Shown here in pieces: positions 1-12,400 of a DNA stretch of 64,000 nucleotides. Each line of letters begins with the position of its first letter. The first letter of the stretch is position 1. The stretch spans positions 16,616,001-16,680,000 of the forward strand of contig NC_135768.1 in the NCBI RefSeq assembly GCF_052425735.1. Direction: 5' to 3'. Made by a program: the position numbers and the translations under genes. Under the pieces are notes generated by a model. It did no database searches. It was not told the origin of the DNA and worked only from the letters and a program-made list of their open reading frames with translations. The stretch is from Oculina patagonica. Its lineage: Eukaryota.

Positions 1-89
1 CAATTATAGCTATTATCGGTAAGTTACATGTAAGTCCACACATGTGCAATTACATTTGTATTTTCATTTTTGGGTCTGCTAGTTGAGAA

Positions 90-411
90 TACCATATTTG
101 ATTAAACGCTGCAGGGGGTTTATTAAATTTTTCGTTTCAAGTGTAGGCTTTATTCAAGGGTGGCGTTTATACTAAGGGGGCGTTTATTTAAATTTCAATC
201 TTGCAAACAATAGTATGGTAACTGAACATTTGAATTTTAAAAAACAGAAAAATGTTTTTATTTAGTGCTTGTCTGAAAAGTCATTTTCAATATCTTGAAC
301 ATTTTTACAATCTGTTATTTGAGGGCAGCATTTATTAATATTTCTACTCTAAAATGTGGCGTTTATTGAGGACAGATTTTTGAGGGAGGCGTTTTATTAA
401 ATAAATACCAT
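90..411. mobile_element. Degraded MITE with GGGCGTTTATT subterminal repeats
   Basis: Starts taccatattt, ends aaataccata, with repeated ggcgtttat motifs. Same style as the 54366-55661 MITE. Confidence 0.45.
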
Positions 412-1480
412 AACACAAGCCTGCAAATATTTTTTCTTCTAGCAAGTCATTTGTCAGTTTAGGGACAATACACATTTGTAGACCTGACAAGAAGTCAGTC
501 AGGTTCAAGAGTATTTTTTTTTTTCATGTGATCTATCTTTAAAAAGTGCCTGGTGTTTGAAAGCTTCACATACAGCTGTACATGTAACTTTGGAAAGCTA
601 TTATGAGGGAAAAAATTTTACGGTTAGAACTGTAAAAGATCTACCCAGTTAGTGCATCAGGCAAGACTAAGCTTTCACCAGTCAAAATGCCAAGTTTCAC
701 TGACATTTGTCTGGCAAAGGGCTGTTATTTGCAGTTATTTACAGCAACACTCTTAAAAAAGTTTCATACTTTTTGGCAAAGATGCTAAATTGGTACATAC
801 TACTCGGCTGACTGTCAACTGAAACATGTACCCACAAGGCCACTGCGATTATGAGCTTGCCAATACACAGTTATCATTTATAACAACATTACTGAGCTGC
901 CGTGCGACCAATCAGATTGGTTTATACCTGGCCACAAGATGTCATACAGAGCATACTATTTTTTTTTTTTAAAATCTAATGTGAAATCGGAAAGCAAAAT
1001 ACCATTTTTGCAAAAATTATATTAAAACAATTCAACCATTTTTTTGAGTGATGGAAAACTCGAGCTTATAGCCTAATACTATTGTTCATGATGGCTCAAG
1101 TTCAGTTTTACCAAGGTTACTAAGAACTTCGAAAAATTCTCAATCATTTGTACCTTAGATCGCCCTCTATCAAACAAATAAACTACATAGAAACGGTCAC
1201 TCGAAATATAAAAGCAGTAAACAATGGCGACAAGTATAGAGCACTTCAGATCTCTCAGATTTCATCACCAGCAAGCAATACGGTAGGCATAGAGCTTATA
1301 ATTTGTAAGCTCTAATTTTAATAAGATTTTCGGTCAGATTAAAATTCCTCCCTTGTTAAAGATTTGATAGATTGCAAAATTTCTGACCGAGAAGAACATA
1401 CCATCAATGCTACGGATATAAACGTATACATTGTAAAAGGAATTTCACACGTTGAAACTAAAGGTGTATATTATAAGTTA

Positions 1481-1693
<213 letters not shown>

Positions 1694-1713
1694 TCAGCTC
1701 TTGCCGATTTCTT

Positions 1714-1727
1714 GTTGCCGTAGCATC
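1714..1727. promoter_or_regulatory. Candidate RFX X-box upstream of CDKL
   Basis: GTTGCCGTAGCATC, 12/14 match to GTTGCCATAGCAAC, ~40 bp upstream of the CDKL ATG. A second weaker site GTCGCCATGACAGC lies at 2173-2186. Confidence 0.45.
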
Positions 1728-4079
1728 GACCGACCGAGCGAAGTCACAAATGGAGATCAGAGATTTACACGAAGGCAGAAGGCATTCGCCCTGTATCAAA
1801 AGGCAAAAACATTAAATGTTTTGAGAGATATCAACTATATCATTAACGGAGCCTTCACTGACACATCTTGATCTATAAACGGACACGATCGATAAGGCAA
1901 AAACACATACACAAAACATCGCGCCATAATTTTTCGTAACACACATTCAAATGCGAGTTCCTTACCCTTTCTTTCGAAACAAATCATCGCGACAACACAG
2001 AATAACGCCTCCTCAACCGAGATTTTCCATAATCCAGTGAACAAAGCAACGGAACTGTTACTAGGACGAAATCACAACACAGTCTTGCTAATCGAAAATA
2101 CACGAACTTCTTCGACAACGAACCCGACTGTGTCGTGACGCAAGGGCCCAAAGCACGGCTCCTTATTAGGAAGTCGCCATGACAGCAAGTCACGTGTTTA
2201 GAATTCACAGGTCCGCACTTCAATAAGCACAAAATTTCTGGCGAATTCGATATTTTTTCAAAGATTTTTTCTAATAACATACAGAGGAGTATTTTATATT
2301 TTGTAAGAGATTTCAAATGAGAGATAACCTGTTTTATTTAGAAATTAATTTTCTTTGACAAATTCTTCCCAGCATGATTTTATTCCCGCTAGCTGATTGT
2401 CTACCCACATGTAAATTTGAAAATCTTCTTCTTTCAAACTTGGCAAAGAACACAAAATTGTGTCATTTTTAGTTCTCATTTTATGGTATATGGCTAAGGA
2501 AAAACCAAGCTTTTATTCAGGAAAGCTGTAAAGTAAAGTGAATTATACCTCGTTTTTTATGCCTTTAGTCGAGTATTCTTTTTTTTTTAAATCGGGTTTA
2601 TCTTTAGACAGACTGAAATGGTAATTATAGTTTAACTAATGAAAGCTTTTAAAACCACTCAAAAAGTTGTTTTGGATACAAAGTTGCGTTCATTCAGCGC
2701 CTTAGAGGCTTTCTCTTGGTATAACTGTGAATAAAAAATATATATTTTTAATTTACGTTCCGCTTGGAACAATTAGCGACCCCATGTTATTGTGTGCTTG
2801 TTAAAAAAAATCGTAAAAAGATATTTTTACGAATTTACCTCCTAGTTTCAGTGTTTCTTTCGTCATGAAAAACAACAAAAGAAACCGAATTACTATTTAT
2901 CATTTTTATGATATAAGAATTTTCAGAAAGAAATCTGACATTTAGTTGAATAGCGAACCGATAATTAATACGTTATCTAATCAGTAATTCTATATAAATT
3001 TAAAATCAGGTTCACTGATTAAAAAAAAGGATTTGTGTAAAAAAAAAAAACAGGCTTAATATCATGTCTTAAGTTAAGCAACCAGTGTCTGATTTAGTTC
3101 AATAGATTAAAGTCCTTCGTTAGATAAAAGTCCTTCGTTGACTCGTTAAAAACGAAATAAAATAAAATAAAATAAAAAGAGAAGAATTTTTTCAATTTTA
3201 GTCATCTTTCCTAACTTGCTCGTATTTATTCAATCTTTGAACTCGGCAGCCGTGTTCCGTTTTAGTTTTAATGTAACCCCATTTTTTGTCTTTTAATTTA
3301 GGATGAAAAAAAACTCGTAAAACACTTATAAAATGTTTTCAAAACGGTTGACGCTTTCGACGCCTGCGATTTTAAAAACGCTTGACGCCTTTGCAACTTT
3401 CTCAAGTGGCTAATGTGAGTCGAGATAAGCTATAACGATAGGATATCAGAAGACATCCTTAGAATTGACATAGCATGCACTGAAGACGGAATTATGTCCA
3501 GGGCTTAAAAATAACTGCTGAACTACGGAACTAAATTCATTTTCTTTTTTTAACATATTTCTATTCATTAGCTCTCAAGTGAATTAAGGAATGGGTCAAG
3601 CTAAATTTTGGAGGGGGGTGGTCTAATCTAAAAGTTTTTTAAGTTTTCGCTTATAAACTTGCATAAAGTGAAATGTTTGTACGAAATGTTTCAGTTTTTG
3701 GTTTAAAAGTTATTCCTGCTTGGTCACGTGACATACCACACCCAATTATTGATATAAATTTCAAACCAAATTTACGAGAACTTGCAAATATAACGATTGA
3801 CTAATTTTGATTTCTGCGAATGGCTGTAACTACCAAGTATAGAGAACTAATCGGGGATTTACAAATTCAATTCTTTTGTTTCAATTACAACGTCTTTTCT
3901 TTGGAGAGGGACTGGGACTAGGCAAAAATAGGAAATATTGAAGAAATAATAAACATTTTTCATAATCCCCGTTTAGCCGGACGTTTGACTAGGTGAGGTA
4001 AAGGTTTTGAGAGAAAACACGAGAGTTTTCTTGTACATTTACTTCCCGTAACTTAAATGCACATAATTTTTACAATTGT

Positions 4080-4121
4080 GGGCGTGGTCAGTCACGTGAC
4101 CACTTAGAGCTGAGCCAATCA
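4080..4121. promoter_or_regulatory. GC-box + GTCACGTGAC E-box + CCAAT cluster
   Basis: GGGCGTGG (4080-4087), GTCACGTGAC (4091-4100) and AGCCAATCA (4113-4121) within 42 bp. A second GTCACGTGAC lies at 3723-3732. Confidence 0.35.
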
Positions 4122-5070
4122 TTAGAAAATTTCATTTCATATATAATCAAACAAAAAGAAGCAACGTTTTTAAGGAAAAGAACAAATCAAGAAGAAATGA
4201 CCAAAACGTCGCATGAAAAGAAGAACCATGCCTTAATTCACATGAGCTTTTGTTGGAAAGTTTATTGTATTAAACCCTGAAAAAGAAAGAAATCTCACTT
4301 TAGGCTAGATTACGTAAAAAATTAAATATAAATCGATCATTTTTGACACTGACACGGAAAAGACAGAAAACAAAACTATGCAGATACAGCTGAAGTAAAC
4401 ATTTAACTAAATGGAGAAAAGTTTTCACCGTTCTTGTGTGTGATACATTCATTACTGAAATTATCAAAGAAACTTTGGCAGTGATATACAATATGCTGAT
4501 AGAATGAACATGCCAGTTAGCTAAATGATATTAGTTTAGCACTGAAAGATTTGTTGCATAATTGCAATCCAGCCAAAAAAATATACGTACAAAATGAAGG
4601 GTTAGACGAGATCCGCTTGTTGCTAGGAGGCATTACATGCTACTTACACAACGCAACCACCTCTTCAATTGTGAAGCAAAAACCGCAGGCTCGCTCTTTA
4701 GTTCACTGACACAAGAAATTTTAAGTTTCTGTTCAACTGATGGTTTCGTTATCTTGTTTTTAGTACTGAAAAGTCGTAAACTCTTTAGCGCAAGCTACAA
4801 AACAGCGTTGAAAATCCTTTTCTGTACACGTACTGAATAAAATCACCTGTTCGTGCCATGAATGGGCGACCCGCTGTTACTTAATGAACCACAAGCAGCG
4901 AGAGTTGCAGTTACTAAACACGCTTCCTTTGTTTCGACTAGGAAATTGTTTTGAAAGCGCGCCACCTCGATATCAATTACTTTATTAATGTTAATCGTCT
5001 TGTGGCGTTGTTATTTGCGCGCTGGGATCTTGTAGGCGGTAAACGTAATCTGAGTTGTGCTGCACAAAAA

Positions 5071-5955
5071 ATGGGTTACAGCACCAGTATTTTTGTTTCG
5101 CAAGTCGATCGAAACCTACTGTGTGGAATTTGCGCGGGAGTGTTTAAAAAACCGCTTGTGACGAATTGCGGGCACACCTTTTGCGAAGAGTGTTTAGAGA
5201 AGTGGTTAAGCGCTGCAAGTCAGGGAGATAAAACTTGTCCTGTATGTCGTCGCGACGTGAATTTATCCAAGACCGCGCCCGTTTTGTCTTTGAGAGGATT
5301 CATCGAGGGGCTTTCTGTGGAGTGCGAAAATGCGGTAAACGGCTGTACGACTGTTCTAAATCTTGGCGGGTTGGAAGGCCATTTGAAGAGCTGTAGTTTT
5401 ACTCTCGTGGAATGCAGTGGATGCGATGAAATGTTTTCACAGAGCAAAATTCGTGAACACCAAAGCGTATGCCACAAGCTAAACAGTTCGAACTTTCTCA
5501 ATGGCCAAGTTCAAGCCGAGATTGCGGCGATACAAAATGAGCTCATCAAGACCAAGAAATCTCTTCAGATTTCTGAAGAAACTGTGCGCAGACTCAAACG
5601 CATTTTACGCGACTTACGCGTGCGAAAGCATGTCCGACAAAGCCAGATACACGCAGAAGATTTCGATTCAGCATGGGACCCAGATTACGCCTACGGCTAT
5701 TCTCCTCGAAGCATTACTCATCTTGCAAGTTTTATTTCCCGTTTTCTGGTCAACAAGCCACCTTACGTGGATGCAGAACGTATCTTTGCTTGTCTTAAAC
5801 GCTGTTTCGACTATTACCGCAATAGCGCCGCCTTCTGGCAGGATGTTCATATGCTTCTGGCGACAGCTTCGGCTTGTGATTGGTTTACAGAATCGCAGCG
5901 GGGAACGCTGAGCACCTGGTTAAAAAGCATCGCCCAAGAGCGTCTATTAAGCTGA
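5071..5955 (+). CDS. Intronless RING-finger / TRAF-SIAH-type zinc-finger E3 ubiquitin ligase-like protein (RNF41/RNF151/PDZRN3-like N-terminus), 294 aa
   Basis: ATG at 5071 (MGYSTSIFVSQVDRNLLCGICAGVF...). C3HC4 RING (CGIC..CGHTFCEEC..CPVC), then CENAVNGC..LEGHLKSC..CSGC..HQSVC zinc finger, coiled coil and a helical C-terminal region. The longer ORF in the track begins at a TTG. Confidence 0.88.
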   Translation: MGYSTSIFVSQVDRNLLCGICAGVFKKPLVTNCGHTFCEECLEKWLSAASQGDKTCPVCRRDVNLSKTAPVLSLRGFIEGLSVECENAVNGCTTVLNLGGLEGHLKSCSFTLVECSGCDEMFSQSKIREHQSVCHKLNSSNFLNGQVQAEIAAIQNELIKTKKSLQISEETVRRLKRILRDLRVRKHVRQSQIHAEDFDSAWDPDYAYGYSPRSITHLASFISRFLVNKPPYVDAERIFACLKRCFDYYRNSAAFWQDVHMLLATASACDWFTESQRGTLSTWLKSIAQERLLS

Positions 5956-6269
5956 CTTTGGCAGACATACAGGGAAAACTAGATAGATGAAAAAATAACG
6001 TTTTTATAGCCAGAACTTGTGCGTGTATTCTAAAACCTGCTATTACCAAAATTAGTTTGCCATCAAGAAACTGGACAACCCTCCCTGATTCAGTAGTTGC
6101 CGCGTCACGCTGCCTGGCAACGCCTCTGATCACAGAGCTGGTAGCGTGGGCTCAGTTATTCGTAGAAAAATATGTCTATTTGTGTAATATGAAACTCGAC
6201 GTTTTTTTTTTTTGAAAGAAAGAAAGAATTAGGTTTATTGTCGTAAGAAGCTTTAACATGTTTAATGGT

Positions 6270-6672
6270 ATGCGGCCAAGTTGATTTACGGTCTCGACTG
6301 GCTTACCCCCTCAGATGAGGTTACTGAAACCAAGTGGAAGTCTTTAAAGCAAATGTACATTCGACGGATACTTTGTTTAGTGTACAAATGTGTCTCCGGA
6401 GATGCTCCCTCCCACCTACGTCACTTGTGGTCAAAACAAGAGAGCGGATATAATCTAAGAAGAAAGAACTCTTTGCTTCCCAGCCTAATGCGGACTTTGT
6501 TAGAAGTGAATAAATTTGCAGGGCCGACCATAGGAGGCCCGCGCTTATTTCATAAGAAAGTTTTTAAATTTTATCACTAGGGATTAGCGTTTTTTATTTC
6601 TTTTTTTTTATTTTCATAAGACACGACCACACAGCTATTATGCTGCAATATTTATCGTGTATAAATAAAAGC

Positions 6673-6726
<54 letters not shown>
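6270..6726 (+). mobile_element. 5'-truncated CR1/L2-type LINE 3' fragment
   Basis: Translation LDWLTPSDEVTETKWKSLKQMYIRRILCLVYKCVSGDAPSHLRHLW..YNLR resembles the post-RT C-terminus of CR1/L2 ORF2. Ends in AATAAA plus a (TAT)n tail. Confidence 0.6.
6673..6726. repeat. (TAT)18 microsatellite
   Basis: Perfect 54-bp trinucleotide run, probably the LINE tail. Confidence 0.95.
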
Positions 6727-6727
<1 letters not shown>

Positions 6728-9158
6728 CCTCGGAGGCTGCCAAATCTTGTTTCAATATTGACATCTTTAGTTATAACTGACAAACAGCCAAAATTTCAAA
6801 AACAATAATTGAAGCTGACATTTACGTCACACTTACCATCTAGGGCCATTAATAAAATTGCCAATTTCCGAACAATAAACAATAAAACTAAATACCGATC
6901 AGTTGCGTCCTAATTTCTTTTACACTGGTACGAGTCCTCGGAAGGGTACCTTGTTTCATGGGGGAGGTTGCGGGAGACATTTTACCCACGTATACCCAAG
7001 GTCTTGCTCAGAATTACAAACTCCGATCTGCATGACAAAAATAATAATAAATTTATTTAGTACAACCTCCAAGGGAAACGAAAATTGGTTCGGGAAATCG
7101 GGAGTTTCGAGAAACCGAGGGTGCGAGCAATCGGGATTCTACTTTAATCATTCATACCACTCGATTTTTTTTTAATTTCGGAAAACACGAGGGTCGGATG
7201 TGTTGTAAGTTCAATTTTTTAAAGTTACAATCACAATCAAACAAACAAATATGATTTTTAAAAAGATTAAAATAAGCTATGCCAGCTAGCTATACGAACA
7301 TTCTGACACGTATTAATTTTTCAAGTGGTTGTTCTACGGTTTTTTGTTCATGAGAGAGGATTTAGTTTTCTTAATTAACTTACTTCTATTACAGAACCCA
7401 GACTCGATAAAACATTTGTTTTCTGAAAGTAAAACTCCAGCGTTTGATTGTTGAAATTATGCTGTCTTACGCTTTTATCTCCATAAAACATTTTGGACAC
7501 TGGGCACCATTGTCGTGTAACCATAGAAATGTATCCTCGCTTAGAAGTATTTTATTTATTTCTGAAGAGTAACCTATACTCTTGATATTATAGCTTGAAC
7601 TTTGTAAATCTAATCAAAACGATACGACTTCTGGCAATAAAACGTTCTTTTATGATGCTTTGTAAACTGAACCAGTTTTCTTATTTATAAGTTTAATCGG
7701 AACATTTCTAATAGTGCCATATTCTAGCGACAGTGGTTCGCTGTGACAATAAAGGTGATTCTTGAACACGCAATAAATGAAATTAAAGCTAACCAATTAA
7801 AATGCGGTATCCAAGTAATATGGGACCTCTGTATAGCTTATAAAAAAGAGTAACTAATTTAATGAGAATTCTGTATTTCGATGAGTTGAAATAAACTATC
7901 GAAGCTAAACCGAGGGTGTATAATACTGAGTTTGCCTTCGATTCTTCACCAAAATGGCTATGGGGAGGTTATAAATATTCCGTTTTTCTTGCCGGCTTAA
8001 AATTAATAGTATTCAGTTTCTTTCGTGGTCGTGAATGTTCATGTACAGGCCGACCGTTGAAGGGGCTTTTACAGAATGGAGGTAGGGAAATACTGTTATT
8101 CACATTTTAGGCGGTGATCGATGATTGATCTGCGCCATGAAGACACAATTTGTATAAAAACTAACGAAATTTGAAATTTCTTTGTTATTAGATTTAAATG
8201 TGTCATGTATTTTCATGTATTTGTGCTGTGTAACTCGAGTATTATTAACAATTTTGCTTAGCGCGCCTTCGGTCGGCGCTTCCTCAAATTGGTTTATCCG
8301 TCGCCATTCGGTGTGAAGTTTGGACGCGTTGCGGACGTATCTGGTCAGTCCGAGTAAAGTTCCCGTAAAGTGCACTAAAACAAACCTTTCTCTTTATATG
8401 GATAAATTTTCAAGAATAGAGTTAAAACAATAAATATAATTTATCTTGGTCCCATGTAACATAGTCTTTAAACTCGTGCTCCGAACTTAAATTTAAATCA
8501 TTCGCTATTTCTATCCAGAAGCTATGAGAGTCGGATACTTTCAAATCTCTTCGATCCCTTAAACATGATCTCTAGAGCAAGTTCGGTTCCTAAAATTGTA
8601 TATGACCCTAATCCTAAAATGAATAAGTTCAAATTATTCATAGGCAAAGTGCGAAATACAGCGTTTGTATGTCATCGAATACGATGTTAAATGATTTTTA
8701 AAAAAATTGATTTATGAAATATTCGCTTTCAGTAAGTTTTAGAAACCCGACTATTTTACTGGTTTTGCATAATTGTGTTTATTCGAAGTCGGCGTAAAAT
8801 TTTGGCTGCACGTTCTCTAGCAAATTATACAAAATGCGATCTACTGAACGGAGTGACTTAAGATAATTATTTTAAATTTAAATTAGAAGGTGACAGAAAT
8901 TTTCATGCAAATTGACATGTAGGCAAATTAGTGCCGAATTTTTAATTATTATAAACTAGCCTTCTTGATGTTGACGGAAGACGTTTTGTTTTAAGCGATT
9001 TTACAAGAGTTCCAAATTATCAAAATTAAAATTTACTTGTAGTTTTGCAAAAGATGATCCTTACATCAATATGGTAAATGCTATATAATAACTACGGCTG
9101 AAAATTAGGAATAAAGCCTAAAACACAATTTGAACCTACTTGACGCATTTATGAACAA

Positions 9159-9172
9159 GTTGCCATAGAAAT
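9159..9172. promoter_or_regulatory. Candidate RFX X-box upstream of MGAT5-like gene
   Basis: GTTGCCATAGAAAT ~90 bp upstream of ATG 9264. Confidence 0.4.
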
Positions 9173-9263
9173 CTTAACATTCCCGTTTAGAATTGTTTTA
9201 TTTGCCTTAAAGGTAACCAGCGATACATGGCAAGCTTTCACTGACAGTTCGACATTGGAACTA

Positions 9264-9453
9264 ATGAAAATGAAGCGACTGTTTTCGAAAGGAACAGTTT
9301 TACTGATTTGGTCGGGATTCGCGCTGTTTTTCTTCACGGCCCAAATCAGTATTTTTCAGGTCACCTCTCACGTTGAAAAAAATGGTGCGAGTTTTAGCAA
9401 CGGAGGAAAAACAACCGCAAAGACGATTTTGAAAGCACACGCAATTATTGATG
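9264..9453 (+). CDS. MGAT5: MGAT5-like exon 1 (type II TM anchor)
   Basis: MKMKRLFSKGTVLLIWSGFALFFFTAQISIF...; donor G|gtaggt, phase 1. Confidence 0.7.
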
Positions 9454-12400
9454 GTAGGTGTTATAATTTTGATCTAAAATGTCGTTCTCGATTGAAGGAA
9501 AAAGCCGTTTTAGTTTATGAATTTTTATAACTGTTACAGGGATTTTAACATTGGGATAAGCTCACTAGGTGGTAGTTAAAAATTGGGTGAAATTAAAATT
9601 ATCCTTGCGAGTATCACTTAAAGTTAGCCGCGATACACAATGAATAAAATTTGTTTCAGCCATTCTAGAACTCTGCCATTTTTTTGTAGCTTTTGACGTC
9701 TTCAAAGAAAATTATCAAAATAAGAATCAGTTAATCTTCATTCATGGCTATTTTTTCTTTTCCTTTTTCTTGTAATTTAAAAGAGATATTGGTTTTCATG
9801 TGCTTGCAATTTAAATTAGTGGATTATTTGGTGATCATAATTATACATGATATTTAATATGTTCTACGTACTTTTTACGAAATTATACATGATATTTAAT
9901 ATGTTCTACGTAATATGCTTTACGTACTAACCCAAGAGTAAATAACTACGTTATTTACTCTTGGGTTAGTAAGTTCTTTAAGATTGTTATTTACTAGGCT
10001 TATTATGCCTGCGGTGAATAATTGTTAATGGTTTTCAATGTATTATTATATAGCTTGCCCATAAATTATAAAATTATCTGAGAAACTGCAGTAATAATCA
10101 AACAATCTAATTATATATATTTCGAAATTAAACTTTAGACCAAACCTAATGCAACTCAACTACAATTATTTTTAATCGATTTTTTATATATATTAAGTTC
10201 CAACAGGAGAACCAACCAATGTCAGCGATACACTGGTCACGTGTGATATCCCAGAAGACCCATTATACCCCTTTTGCTCCAAGAAAGTTCAGGTAAGTCA
10301 CTTTTAGATTAAAGAGGCAATGTCACCAACATTGGGGCTACGTGAAAATCTACGGGAGGTGTTGGTATTAACTGGAAATCTACTAGTCGTCTGGCCTTGC
10401 TTAAATATACTGCACCTGTCGTAAAACTTGTATAAAGTTGTGTGGCTACGGACTGGTATGAAGAAGTGGCCTAAAACTTGAAAAATTTTGACAGTTTTAC
10501 TTGAAGATACGGTTTATTCACATCTTCGAGAATGAATTCATGCCTTCAGTCAGTTTTGTTGTTCAAATGTCTTTTTGTTGATCAGTGAGCATAGTTCACA
10601 CAAAAACTATGTCCAACAACAAACACCAAAAATATTTAACAATTATTCGCCGAAGGCGAAGTGATTATTGTTGAATAATCCCCGAGACGAAGTCGAGGGG
10701 ATTATTCAACAATAATCACTGAGCCTAAGGCGAATAATTGTTTTAGTATAATTTTTAGAGGTGATAATCAAGAACTTAAAAAATAACGATAGCAAACGAG
10801 AAAACAGCAAACACAAGTGTTCGCTTGCATACGGTGTAAACCAGTTTAATTCATCGATTACAATTAGAATTTTTTAAGTTAAAGCAATAAAACGGAACAA
10901 AACAAACACAATGAGAAAGATAGATGTCCGGTACCTTTGTATGATTGTTGATGACTTCTAAGCGAATGTGGGAATCATCTCGAAAATGAGTAGCTCCGGT
11001 GAGAAGAAAACTAAATAATGTTTGCTCAATCGATCTGACTGAGTTTCTCATCGATCGCCAAAACCGCCGTGTTTACGATCATTTCTAATGCCTTGAGAAC
11101 CATCTCTTGAAAATATTTTCGGTCCAAAAGCCTTGGTAGTTAATTTGAAAAATTCCCAGTGTTTAAAACATCCAAGCTTTTCGAGTGTTCTCCCAACATC
11201 CCAAGTGGTTTTATTACGCCAGTAAAGCCCTAGAATGTGTGGTTTATTGCTTTTATGAAATAACTATAGAAAACGTTCTTCAAAGAAATAGGAATCTGTT
11301 TTATTTTTCGTGATCAAATGCCTTATTCTCAACAAGTTCATCGGATGACGCGGTAAACCAATCACAGCGGCCGAAAGAATAAAACACAGGTTCAGCTCCA
11401 CACACAACAGTGCTTTAGAAATTTGTTCTGAATTTATTTATTCCGTATTCTTTCGTTTTCGCCGAATAACAGACTTGGGAGAAAGCACTGAAGCACGTAA
11501 AACTGAAAATATAATTCAAGCGCGAACAAGAACTCAGCGTGAGGTTCTGCCATCAAAATAATTCATGTTCATCGCGACCAATTTGATCAGTTTTAATTCC
11601 TTTCAAATAAATTTTCCGAGTTTATGTTGAATGGAACCATATCCATGTTTTTAATATTTTTCCAGTCCAGTGAAAGCGGACCTGTTTATTGTGTTCCTTC
11701 TCATATGTTTGTCTCTGCGTTTTCGTTTTTTCTCTATAGTTCCTTCGTGGTGGGCGGGAAAATTCAATTTTGTGATCCACCCTCAGTAAATTTTCATGAT
11801 CATTTACGAGAATCATATATCCTCCGTTTTAACCATCAGATAGACCAAAAGAATACATTAAACTAAGTTTAATTCTTCGTCCTTATGCGTAATCGAGCGT
11901 AGTGCGGCCATGTCGGAACAGAAGCGGGACTTTACCGGTACAATAGTACATAGGTTTTTGACCAATAAGAGCGCGCGTAGTATCTGAGTTATTTTATAAA
12001 GCCTCATAAGCCGAGCTTCTCGACCAATCAGAATGCTTCAATTCTTATAATCACCTCTGAAATTATACTAAAAAAAATAGTTCCTTGTGCGGCAAAATGA
12101 GCTAGCCACGGAGCTCAACAATCTGCAGATACAAAAATAAACTGATAACAACTCTCGAACCCCACTGCATGGTAGGGTTTTATATTCTGTTTGTAATATA
12201 TGTTTGACGTACTTTCAGAAATAGACATTTCTCTTTTCAACCTATACAGGAATTTAACAAGACGTGGAACCAAAAATGCCACGGCGAGAAATATAAAGTA
12301 GATCCAAGCAACGTCTGCTCTGTTGTTCAGTATTTGAGTGAGGTAAGGCACAAGACGTGATGCAAAATGAAACAACAATTTTCATCTCTAATTGGATAAG

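Noticed and set aside
4951-5070. N-terminal extension of the RING ORF
   Set aside because: Starts at TTG; the family-typical MGY start is at ATG 5071.
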